From Nageia nagi (Eukaryota > Plantae > Pinophyta), in NCBI GenBank assembly GCA_050084985.1, contig JBITNC010000002.1:16740001-16804000 (forward strand): 64,000 nt of DNA, written 5' to 3'. Positions 1-12,105 of this stretch are shown piece by piece. The translations under genes and the position numbers were made by a program. Under the pieces are notes generated by a model that was not told the origin of the DNA, made no database searches, and was given only the letters and a program-made list of their open reading frames with translations. How positions within the stretch are numbered: position 1 is the stretch's first letter; each line of letters begins with the position of its first letter.

Positions 1-785
1 ATTAAGAAGTAGAGCATGGATAGACATACAAGAGGAGTTCAGGAAAGCATGCATAGTTTTGTTGAGATGTCCCTCTTTACAGAGTGCAACAACTATAGGG
101 TGGGTAGGGGGATCTATTCTTATGAGAAGAAAGTTTGAGATACCCTTAGCAAACAATTTGAATCTAGTTCTGATTTGAGGTTTTTGTAAATAAAAGTTTT
201 ACAGGGTTATTTTTGTAATTTTTTCAATTGTGAGGATCAGTTTTATAATTTTCCTTATTTTATAATAGTGATGTGTTAAAATAAATTAATTTAGAATTTT
301 TAAAATATAAATGTATTTTATATTATTTGATTTTAATTTTATTTTTTTTAAATTTATCTATTTATTTTATTGTTAAGATTTAAATGACATGTATTAAACA
401 CCATTCCAACAACATGATATTATTACTTGATCAATAATATTAAATTCAAATAAAAAAATCAAAATTTAAATATTTCAAATAGTTAAAAATTTAAATTTTT
501 GAGTTTTTGAAATTTGGGCCTAAATTCATTTAAAAAAATTAAGTGTATTTTTGCAATAAAATACATAATATAGCTTTGATTTGGATAATTTTTTTATGTT
601 GGATTTAGAATTTTGAAGACTACAAATTGAGAATATTTTAAACCTTATTGGTGTTTTGTAAAGACATTTTATCAAGAAAAGAAGTTGTGTGAAAATTTTG
701 TGATATAGTTGAGTTTTGAATATTTGACAAAAATGCATTCCCTAGTGAGTATTGTTGGTGTTGTATTGATCGAAAAGAGAACTAT

Positions 786-2814
786 CTAGAGTGGTCTAGA
801 AAACTCAAGCATAACCTCATTTTCAATGACTTTTAGGTTATCATTTACGATGGTGATAATCCTCTTACCAAACCGACTGAAGCCAAGGAGCTTGCAATTC
901 ATATTCATAAAAATATGAAGGTGTATGTTTTGATTGTAATTTCTATGAATAAAGAGGTTAATCACCATATTAAATCAATTGTTGATGTATGGAATAGTTT
1001 GAAAAAGTTGAAAGACTTATTTTTCAAAATTAGAATTAATCCAATTACAATTGAAACTTTTCAACCTTGACTTGAAGGATAATGATCCCATGGCATTAAT
1101 TTTATAAATTCAAGTAATTATGTATGATATAGATTCTACAAGTGTGAAGATGGATATTGCTCTTACATCCTTGATTACCCTCTACCCAACATATTATTAT
1201 TAACTTGAGTCACTCCAAGCTAGTGTTTTATTAAAAGCTCTCACTTTTGTTACATTGGCTGATAAAATTGCAGAGCTTGAGAAAGCTTTTGATAAAATTA
1301 TTGTAGAACTTATTGGAGATACATTGTGTGCTTTCCAAAAAGGAAATAATCCATAGTATGATTCTTTTATAGGAAAGTATAGAAGGTATTATTGTACTAG
1401 GAATAATAGAGGCAAGGGGTGGATCTAATCAAGATGACTGTCGATAGAGATGTTATCTTCATTATGTTCAATGTGATAGGAATAGAAATGATATAAAATT
1501 TTATCAAATACTATGGAAAAAAATCAAAAATAAACATAATAATAGGGCAAAAAAAAATAAAAAGATAAAGAACTCTAGAACTACTCAATTTGTTATTGTT
1601 GAGCATAAATTAGTATTGAAGATTTTCTCAATATTTATTTCACATCATGGGAAGATGTGTGGTTGCTTGATACTAATTTTTCATTAGACCTTCAAACCCA
1701 AAATTAGACCTTACTAACATATCCAACATTAGACCTTCAACGATAAAGATTGGAACTATAAGACTCGATTTACTAGGACTTCTAAATTTTATTCTTCATG
1801 ACGTTCTTTATCTTTTAGAATTGATGAGGAACTTTCTTTCTCTAGTCATAATTCATCAAAAAGAGCATTCTATTCACATTTTTAACAGTAAGGTAGAGAT
1901 AAGGAGATCTTCCAACAACAAGATTGCAATGATTGGAATGGAGGATAAGAAGCTACTTAAGCTAAAAGAAAATTTTGTTTGGTCGAAGAATTATGCATAT
2001 CTCATCCATCAAGAAAAAGGTATAGTTCCATCAAGCCTTTTGTGGCATGCTAGATTTGGGTACCTTAATTATGATGAACTTCATTTGATAACAAAATATG
2101 GTATTAATGGTTTGCCTACTATTCCTAATAATAAAGAACCTTGTCAAGCATGTGTCTTAGGAAAACACTACAAGTAACCTTTCATTGATTCATAATAGAG
2201 AGCATGTAAAATGCTTGAACTCATCCACTCTGATTTGTGTGGACTGCTTGAACATATACTATTTGTTGTTAGAAAAATATATATATCATGAATTTTATTG
2301 ATGATTATATCAGAATGTGTTTGGTGTACTTATTGAAGAATAGGTTTGATCCATTTTAAAAATTTAGATAATTTCATATTAGCATATAAAAAGAATCTTG
2401 AACTCATATTGGAACACTTCATTCTAATAATGGGTGAAGTATATTTCAAATGAATTCAAAGCATATCTTTGCTAATATTGAATTGAACATCAAAATATTA
2501 TTCTTTACAATCCTTAACAGAATGATGTAGTAGAGAGGATGAACACTTCTGAATATATTCTATTTAATGTTGTTTTTCAAGAATGTGAAATTGATTTTTT
2601 GGGATAATGCACTTCATTGTGCAGTATATATGAAAAATAAATATTCATCTCATGCTCTTGATAATCATAAGACTCTTATGAAATGTAGTTTGGCCATATT
2701 TCATTGAATAGATAGCTCAATATTTTTGGCTCCACTTGTTATGACTTGATTCCTAAGGAAAAAATAATCAAACTTAGTCCCAAGAGTCACAAATGCATTT
2801 CCTTGGGGTACTTA
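786..2814 (+). mobile_element. Decayed Ty1/copia retrotransposon fragment (gag, protease, GAG-pre-integrase, integrase), cut off after the integrase
   Basis: ORF 1821-2177 has LWHARFGYLN...CQACVLGK (pre-integrase/Zn finger). Protease-like WLLDT lies at ~1660, LIHSDLCG at ~2220 and KCIFLGY at ~2790. Many stops and frameshifts; boundaries approximate. Confidence 0.85.
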
Positions 2815-3236
2815 TGTATAGATTACTTGGATTTTCATATATATATAGCCCATATTTAACCTTGTATATGTAATTTTGTATAATCCTAAAGTTTTGAAAA
2901 TGAAATATAAGAATTAAATGCAAACACACACAAAAATCAAATGAGATAGCAAGAAATTGTATTGGTTCCTCTTAGTGTGAGAGTACATCTAGTTTAATGG
3001 GTGCTCTAAAATTACTGGCCAATATAGTATTACAAAGTATGTGAGAAAATAGAGTAAGTATTATAATATATAGTCTATAAGTATAATTCCCCCAAATTTG
3101 GGTTCCACTCATTTTAGTGCATTAAAATCTAATATTTCTACTCTTGGAGTGGGAAACCCCATTTCTAGAGTTACATAGTGTGTAGACCTCAAATTGTGTA
3201 ACATACGAATGTATACAATAAATAAATCGATCTACA
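2815..3236. mobile_element. LTR-like segment interrupting the copia
   Basis: Starts TGTATAGAT and ends ATCTACA. An internal motif (TGGTTCCTCT...TGAGAGTAC) resembles the solo LTR at 11416-12017. No TSD found. Confidence 0.4.
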
Positions 3237-3299
3237 ATATAAATGTGCACTATATTAGATTACAATAAATATACATGAAATACATGAACTTAATATGAA

Positions 3300-4900
3300 G
3301 TGTATGTACAATCCTTAAAAGCAAATAATAATGAATTTTCGAAGGATTAGGATCAGATTCATGGTTAGTTCAAGGTAGATCTTTGTATGCATGAATCAAC
3401 TACTCGACCACTAAAATATAGAACCTTTGATCTAGAATATGCATGTTGCTATCAGCGTAGGAGAAGCGCATCACTAATTGCATGGGATATGTCAAATTAT
3501 GATGTGCGCTAAAGATAGAAATTATAGAGCTCAAAGTATAACAAATTATCATGATAGGTGGCATCCATAGACATCGTTACAATCGATAGCCAGCTATCAA
3601 AGTTCTTATCATATCAAAGAGTTTCGATCTATGGAGATCAACCTATTTCTCCCATTTATATAGCCTGCAAAGACATAGAAAGAAGTGAAGGTTGACATGC
3701 TACAAGTGTGGGCATATGAGAAGATAGCCATGATTTGACTTATCAGGCTACAGAGGGTGAGAGAGGATACCACATATGTGTAATTAGCATGTTGGGTGTC
3801 GAGGCTAGGCAAGTATAGGTACCCACAGATCCTAAAGGCCAGGATATGGGAGATAGACTATCTACACCTTGAATACCTAGTGTAGGTGTCGTACATAGAA
3901 TACATCTAGGAGGAAGATGCACATCAGCTAGCATGCGTATTAAAGTCATGCTTTCTCTAGACCAAGAGGAAGCTTATGAATCCCTATCTACCTCAACGAG
4001 TGTTGAGATAATTTGGGATACTATAGGATATTCTTCCTGCCCCTTTTTACTATATTAGGAAGATGATCGAGAGAGATGTCCTCTAAGGGGAGAGATCATT
4101 CCATAATGGAGAAATATATGGGATAAGCCTCGTACTTTGGATGTCATAGAGCACATTTCTATGTCCCCATGTATTGCTCCAAGATACACAACATGGTGGG
4201 TTTTGGTTTGATCGGCTTCATTAGGCATGGAGGAGGATTATGAGGTAGAGGAGGATATGGTTACAGCTTTAGAGGTATCTTCAGATGAGTATCCATAACA
4301 TGTGGACAATCCCTTGCATGACATCCTAGTGCAAAGACCACCAATAATTGCAACACCAGGATTAGACACATTAGCTAAGGCGGTGCCACTTGCGATAGCA
4401 AGTAATACTAAATGACACTCTTAATTATTTTATATTTTTTTCTAGTTTGTTAGTGACATACTAACTTATGACTTCTATGTGTTTGTAGGATATGGCTACT
4501 CGAATAGCTACTATAGAGATGGAGGTCGAGATACTTAGACCTTTTGAGATCATAGTGATAGGTTTGAAAGCACAACTATCTTCCATACAATCCACACTTG
4601 CATCTAAGGATGCATAAATAGCCTCCATGGATCGATCCATGAAGAGGCTACAGGAGAGGGTAGACATACCACCTCCTAATGAGTAGTGGGTATTTATTTA
4701 GAGCCTGATGGATAGGATCTAGAAGAAGGAGAATGACATTATGAAACTTAGGGGGAAGTATGAGAGGACCAAAGCAATCATGGCCACTCATGGGATCAAC
4801 TCTAGTGAGGTTTTGAGTGGTGTATCTTTTTTAGTACCTAGTAGCAATAGTAGGAGGAGGCCTAGGACTAGTGAGGCCAGGAGTAATGGTAGTAGTGCAT
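3300..4900 (+). pseudogene. Decayed Plant Mobile Domain (PMD, aminotransferase-like/MAIN-type) ORF, antisense to the neighbouring gypsy gag
   Basis: Hand translation gives WRSTYFSHLYSL at 3632 (cf. PMD WGsAvLahLYr.L), MLQVWAYEKIAMI* at 3697 (cf. LQvWawEri) and PRYTTWW at 4179, followed by acidic/coiled-coil-like sequence. Interrupted by stops. Confidence 0.65.
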
Positions 4901-5449
4901 GCCACTAGATTTTATTATGAGACATGTAACCTTTTTTTGGTATAATATATATTATCCTTTTTTAACTCCATTTCTTGGTTTACACATGTGAATGAATGTT
5001 CAATTTTTTTTATTTTGTGTGTTTTAAATGAATGGTTTAATTTTTTTATATAGTTGTACATCTATGTTTTGGCATTTGAATTTCAAAGTACAAGTGTCAA
5101 AGTTATAAGCAACAAACCATACAAATCATTTCATATTCTTATTTATGATACAAAGTAAGAACTCAATCTATAAAATGAATGCAATTACATAACAAATCGA
5201 ATGAAAACATCCAAAATAATGTATAAGCAACATTAATCTTGAAAATGAAAATAAGGTCCCTAGGTACCTCATTCAAGAAATAATGAACAGATTTTAGATT
5301 TTTCTTTTTAACCAATTTAAAAACTTGCCTTTGATCATTTAAAATACTTCAATATGCATTAAGGATGATGAATATAGTATTCATTTATATTCTAGTCTAG
5401 GAAACATATGCTATTAATAATATGAAAATAGGTTGTATGCCATTAGCGA

Positions 5450-8050
5450 TCTGAGATTTAATATGATTTAGCATGAAAAATGTATGGGAAACTTTTTCAA
5501 CATTTACCCAGAAGATCAATAAAATAGTGAATTGACCTTTATAACAATGAACCATACACATTTTCCCATCCAAGAAATAATGTATCTAATATATACTACC
5601 ATTTGTCTTTTTTTAGTTTAAGCAATAACTTTGCATACCTAGGAAGGTTTTTCAATCCAAACATAGTTAAAAAATCCAAGTACAAAGAGAGGTGCCTTCC
5701 TAATGATGTATTGTATATTGTTGGCTATGTGCAAATAAACCTGCATGTTATTGGCGAAGTGGTTTCCATATATTTATCTATCATATTTTATGTCCCTTAT
5801 GTTATAGCTTTTTCTTATCTTTTGCTGATGATTTCTACATCCATATCTGTTAGAAAAATAATCATTCATGCAACTTGAAGTACGTACCGAATTGATGAAT
5901 TCCCTTGGTTATTTGAGTTGTATTTGGTAATGGATTCATAAATATCTCCAATTATTCATTATCAAGGTGTACAGGACCATAAGTTGTGTCAGCATGATCA
6001 TCCATTCAAATTGCTTTCTTCTTAATGAATTCCTGAATGATGTTTCTTAAGATCTTGCAATTTCTTATTAGGTGTCTTAATGTCCTATGATAATTACAAA
6101 ATTTTTCATACCTATAATTTGTAGGAACACCATTGGGAAAATGATGTTGAACCATTGGTGGAAGCTTAATAACTCCTCATTAACAACACATTAACAATAT
6201 TATTAATATTATCAATTAGCCTTATAAACTTTCTATGTGTTCTATTATTTCTCTTATCAACATTAGCATTGATAACTTCTAATTTCTCTTCATATACATG
6301 AGGTTTAGCTTTGTTTTCATACCCTTGAGATTTTTTAGAGCATATGTTATGAAGTTTCTTTAGGCAATCTACTTTTTTAAATAAGATATCTATCATTGCA
6401 GCTAATGTCAAATCATGATTAGAGATAACCAACAATTTATACATAGGTAATAAAGCATGTGCAAAAGTGTCCTTTAAATCTTGCCCAGGAACAGTAATCT
6501 TATTTGCAGTTTGTTTCCATATTTTACACAAATCTTTGAATTGAACTTTTTTTGCAATATTATATTTAAAGTGTCTTAAAAATTGATGTATCAAATCTTC
6601 ATATTTATTAATGTCCTTTTCAATAAGACTAAAATACCATTTCAATGCATCATCTTTTAAACTATTTGAAAATAATTTTACAAGCATATCTTTACCCTGA
6701 ATATATTCCATATCTTCTTCCTGAAATTTTCTAGCATGCAATTTTGGATCTTACAAACCATCAAATTTTGTAAATTTCACACTCTTTTTATGAATAAGCA
6801 CTTTAGAAACAATTCTATCAGTCAATGGACATTTTAAACAAAATAAGAAATCATCTTCATCATCATCAAGCAATTCTCGTTCTAATTTTTTAATTCTTTC
6901 ATCCATTATTTTTTCATTATTTGATACTACGGGAGCTTGTTGTGGTTGTTGAATTTAAATGATAGATATATTATCCTTCAAGGGTGGTGGACAGGCTTAT
7001 GGTGGTACATTTTTTATTTGAGGGGAATATCTATTTGCATCTCTAAGTTCTTTTTCCTTGAGTGGAACAAATGGTACGATTCTATTTACACATTCATATT
7101 CAAGCCTATCAACCAATTCCAATGTAAACTCTAATTATTATTTAGCATTAGCTTGTTCAAAGAAACTAATTTCTTGAGCATCAAGCTTAATGTTGTGTTC
7201 TTCTTATGACCAATTAGGGTGATGTGTATAGGAATTATCAATTATACTAGCAAGCTATTTTTTAACATCTACTATAATTTCTTCATTAATCAAAATCCCT
7301 TACCTTTGTTAGGAAGTGTATCTGTATTGTAATGTGTAGGATTAAGAATCAAATATTCAAAATCATCATCATTTTCCTTATCATCAACCTCGATGGTCAC
7401 TTCATTTAGGGGATTTGTAATATCCACTTCTATGCTGCTAGTGATGTGCTACAGGTTTGCATGTCATTGGTGATATCCTAATTAATAATAGAGACCCTTC
7501 ATTTTAAAGAACCTGCATTTTCATAAGAGAACAAACTATCCAAAGATTCAAACTTGTAGTATCTCCTTCTAATAATTCATAATTGGTTAGAATATCAATA
7601 ACATTTTTATCATTGTTAATAAGATAATATTCTAACTTTTCTTTATTACATAGCAATTCCTTTATTGATCTAACATGGCTAGGAATTTTATCTAATTCTT
7701 TAATTTCAACATTATTATCATAAGAATCTCCATGAATTCCCAAGATTATATTTTCAAAATCATAATCATTTATAAACACATTAATCTTATTGGAATTTTT
7801 TCCAATAGTATCCATCTTTTTGCTAGAACTTGTAGACTCATTATCATTATCTTCATCAGTATCCATTCAATCATTATGATTAAGTTCTTATAGAGGTAAA
7901 TTAGGATTAACCCTAACACTTCTTCTAATATCCTTAAAATTAACCTTACTTTTAGAAACCCTAGGTTGTTCTTCATTTAGATCCATTTTTGAAACATAGG
8001 TAAAATAAACCTTAGTCTTATCACTTTCTCTAGCTACTACTCTAAGCATT
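5450..8050 (-). mobile_element. Decayed Ty3/gypsy (Tat/Athila-like) gag region; no RT or integrase recognisable
   Basis: ORF 6166-6741 has KLFSNSLKDDALKWYFSL...YEDLIHQFLRHF, preceded by FTKFDG.DP (retrotransposon gag). Upstream frame remnants include 7504-7866. Confidence 0.7.
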
Positions 8051-10305
8051 GCATTATAATATCCTTTTATCTTGATATATGTAATATTGCATTAAATCAT
8101 TTAAGAATTCTAAATATGATTTATTAAATAAATAATAAATCATTTTTAGGTGTCTACATAACAAAGGGATTCAATGTTTCAAATTTTGAATCCCATTTTG
8201 GATGCACCTCACACCTTTGCACATCCTCTCCAACAATTACTACATGATGGAATGTTCTTCACCTACCGGTAAGGTTATTCCTAAGAATCGATCCAAAAAC
8301 AACCTGTAGAAACCAATGCGAATGAATTTCAAAATCTAGATGAAAATATAGCCTTCAAAATAAAAGGTATAAGTGGATGCATACCATATGTTGATTTTTT
8401 GGTGATTGGATACATAAAATTAATACATGAATATAATTTTAGGGCAAATGGTCCCCCTTTTGGGGGTCTGAATATTATCTAATTTTAAAATCTAAAAATC
8501 ATAATTTTTGCTTGTAAGAGCTAATTAACTTCTAGAAAGACACTACCTACCAATATTTATTTCCTTTGTAAACGTGTAGTAAAGATCTTAATTCTCACAA
8601 TCTAAACAAATCTTTCTTGGATGCACAAAAATGGGCATCCATTCCTTTCTGATAGATTTCATAATTTATATTTTTTTTCATTCTCTAAGAGGATTGGGTA
8701 AGTGCAAGAAGATGGGTCCAATTTATGGAAAAAAGTGGATGCTTATTCTTTGATTTTCAATTTAATCATAATTGATCTCAAAATTTTAAGTACTTCAATA
8801 TGGAATCTTGAAAAGGTCACTTTAGAAAAAATGTAGTACTCAAAGTGTAGTTTTCAAATGTGTAATTTATTCCAATACCCATATGATAGAAATTAAATTT
8901 TAATAGGCATCTATAAAAACCAATTTTTAAAATTTATTATTTTAGGATCATACCTTAATTGTTGGGCCAACATAATTTGACCTAAATTAAAGTATTTTTT
9001 AAAATATTTTTGGGAAACAATAGTTAATACATTGAAGAATTAATGTTGAGAATATTTTTTCATAATTTTTTGAGGAACTATTTTTACTATTTTTTTATTG
9101 ATCCTAATTACTTATTTTGGAAGTGATTTTATTGGACCACCATAACTTGACCTAAACTTATCCTTTTTTAATTTTTTTATTTAATTGAAAATTATCTATA
9201 GAATGTTGTCATATAATTTTTTTTCATAATTCTAAAAAATAAAAAGTATTAAAAAAATAAGACAATCTACTTTTTCAAGTTTACAAACATATTTGATTGA
9301 AAATTAATTTAAAAATAAAAATATAATTCAATTGTAAAAATATTACATATTTGAAATGTACACTCACTCATCTATAATGGATTTTAATTTTGTAAAAAAT
9401 CCTGTAAAAAACTAATACACATCGAAACTCGATTTTTTCCAATATCAAATGATAAGAACTTGTATGTTCATGTCCAAAGCTAAGGCTTGCCTTACCATGC
9501 CTCACCCAAGCCAAAAACCAAGGCTAAATCGGGGGGAAGAAGATTTTAAACTTAAAATAGGATCCCATTATCTCCCAATGTTCACAACACCCTACCATTT
9601 AGTTTAGAATGAGTCTTTTGAATTCTACTTGAAGGAGGTATGGTTCCAAAGCACCGAGGGTGAGATAATAGGTAGCGCCCTTCATCATTTGATTTCTTGA
9701 CTGATATGAGTGTCATTATCCAAGCATATGGAGTGTGTTCTATGATGATGTTAGGATAATTATATAGCATTGTGATGTTAGTTTAATCTCTAGATATTCT
9801 GACATTGAATACATACTTTGTTTTGTGTGTCAATTCAAAATGATAAGTATCATTGAGCTTAAGTTTATTATCAATAATAAAGTTCTTATAACCATTCAAG
9901 ATCCTAGGCCTAACACAAGTTGTTCCAATACTTGATATGAATTCCACATACCATTTTCTTCTCTAACACACTAACAACACTTTTTCCCTTTTATGAGGAA
10001 ATTGGATCTTTGAATGAAGGAATTGGGAGCGTATTGCAATCCAATCTAGATAAATAGAGAGAAGATAAAGAATAAAAATCTCAAATACATTTTTCTAAGA
10101 TGTTGATTATGATATGAAGTAAGGACGGGCTATGTTACAAGCTAATTTGAGCAACCAAATGCAAAATTCCCTACCTTACATGAGAGAAGGTGTTGGATGA
10201 AGTGGGTATTTATGATTTTACACATTTTCGTGAGCATGTAATGGCCTTTGGTGTTAGTGGTGTCGGTAATGGAAAAGAAATAGTCTGTATGTAAACATGG
10301 ACAAC

Positions 10306-10307
<2 letters not shown>

Positions 10308-10337
<30 letters not shown>

Positions 10338-10340
10338 CTT
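10308..10340 (+). repeat. (CTT)11 microsatellite
   Basis: Perfect 33-bp run. Confidence 0.97.
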
Positions 10341-11189
10341 TAATGGTTAACTTATTTATGGAACCATGTGTTTAAGGATAACTACTTCACAAAACAAATT
10401 TTAAACCATGACATAAGGGTGACTTTTCTCTTATAATATGCATATTTTTTAGGATTTTTTCATTTCCACTTGGTTCATATATTTGAATAATAAAATGTGA
10501 ATATGTAAGGCTTCTCAACACTATAATGTTCATCTTCAGGTTGAATGAATTATTCATGTATAAAGTTATCCCAACCATTTATGAATTATGCAAAGCCATT
10601 GAAGTAGTATAACATGGCATACCATAGGAACCCACAAGTGGTTTCTAGAAAAACATGTCTAGTACCATTCCATTGAATTTTTTTTATATAGTTTTGGGGG
10701 ATTATCTACATACAGTAAAAGTAATGTTTGAAATGAAAAATAAAGTTCATAACATTATCATCAAATAATACGAGATTTTTGTGGTTTAAGAATCCACAAA
10801 TTCTTAAACCAAGATAACCAAAAGAGGTTGTAATGGAGTGCTTACCTTTGAGTGGGATTCTAAGTTGTGCAAGTAGGATGTTGTTCTATTACACAATAGG
10901 AAAATAATAAGCCTATAGAGTTTTTACAAAAAAAAAAATATGTAGTTTTATAAAACAAGATCTCACCTTCTTAACAGGATCTTGTGTTAGAAATAATTAT
11001 TTAAAACTTGAGATCCCATTATGATTCTCATCTTTTGTATTTTTTTCTATATGCATTTCATTTTCATAGAGGTTACATTTCATTTTATAGTGGAATATGC
11101 ATGTAGGTTTTGGTAGTTTATTCAGTGACTTGTATTTTTTGGATGTAGTTTGCACCTTGGAACCCGTGGTGGAAATTTTGGTAGAGTAT

Positions 11190-12090
11190 GTTATGGTTAA
11201 AGTATTAGGGTTTAAATGTTTAGTGATTATGGCTCAAGGGTTATGGTTTAGGGTTTAGTGGTTAGGATTAGGGTTTAGGATTCAAGGGTTACAGTTTAAG
11301 GATTGGGGGTTTAAAGGTAGGATTTAAGGGTTATGGGTAAGGGTTTGAGGTTTGGATTTAGCTTAAAGGTTAGGGTAATTAGTTAAGATTTAATATTAAG
11401 GTAATAGGTTTGGGTTTATGGAATTGGTGGATTCCATGACCCAAGATATCTCATAGGTTCTCCATCAAATTTAGCAAACACATCTATACTAAAAAACTCA
11501 AGAAATAATCACACAAGTGACACAAGATATATAGTGGTTCCTCTCTATGAGAGTACTCCACTTTAAGATCTCCTTTCCTCTATTCTCTCAAAATAATATG
11601 TACACTCATGGATCTCAACCATGTCTCTCCATAGCATCAAGCATAGCTTGCATGCTTAAGACCTTTCTAACTAAGATCTATACTAACTTACTTACAACTA
11701 TATTTCTCATACTCAATTTCATTATATTTCTTCACAACATGAGTTCCTTTTATAGGACTCAAAACTAACCTCAGGTAGTTAACTAACCTAACCATAAATG
11801 GTTAGTTAACCCTGAGTTACTAATATAAAATTACATTCAATTGTTAATGGAGACACTATTCCATCCACTAGATAATATTTTAAGTTGAGTGGATAACACT
11901 ATTCTACCCACCATGCATGAACCTCATTATCACCTAATAAGCAACTTTAGGTGATTATTAATATGCTAAAGCATATTAATTAATATAATTCCCTAAGTAA
12001 AATTATTAGTTTTAACATGGGTTACAGGTTTGGGTTAAATGTTAGGGTTAGGGGTTAGGGTTAATGGTTATGGTTTAGGGGTCAAGGTAA
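11190..12090 (+). repeat. Degenerate telomere-like (TTTAGGG/TTAGGG-variant) tract, split by a solo LTR
   Basis: For example TTAGGGTTTAGTGGTTAGGATTAGGGTTTAGG at ~11248-11279 and GTTAGGGTTAGGGGTTAGGGTT at 12041-12062. Confidence 0.8.
11416..12017 (-). mobile_element. Solo LTR (~600 bp) inserted in the telomere-like tract
   Basis: TGGGT flanks both sides (11411-11415, 12018-12022) and the right end is ...TTTTAACA. The left TG terminus is decayed. A minus-strand TATAAAAGG lies near 11750. Confidence 0.6.
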
Positions 12091-12105
12091 TGGTAATAAA
12101 TTCAT

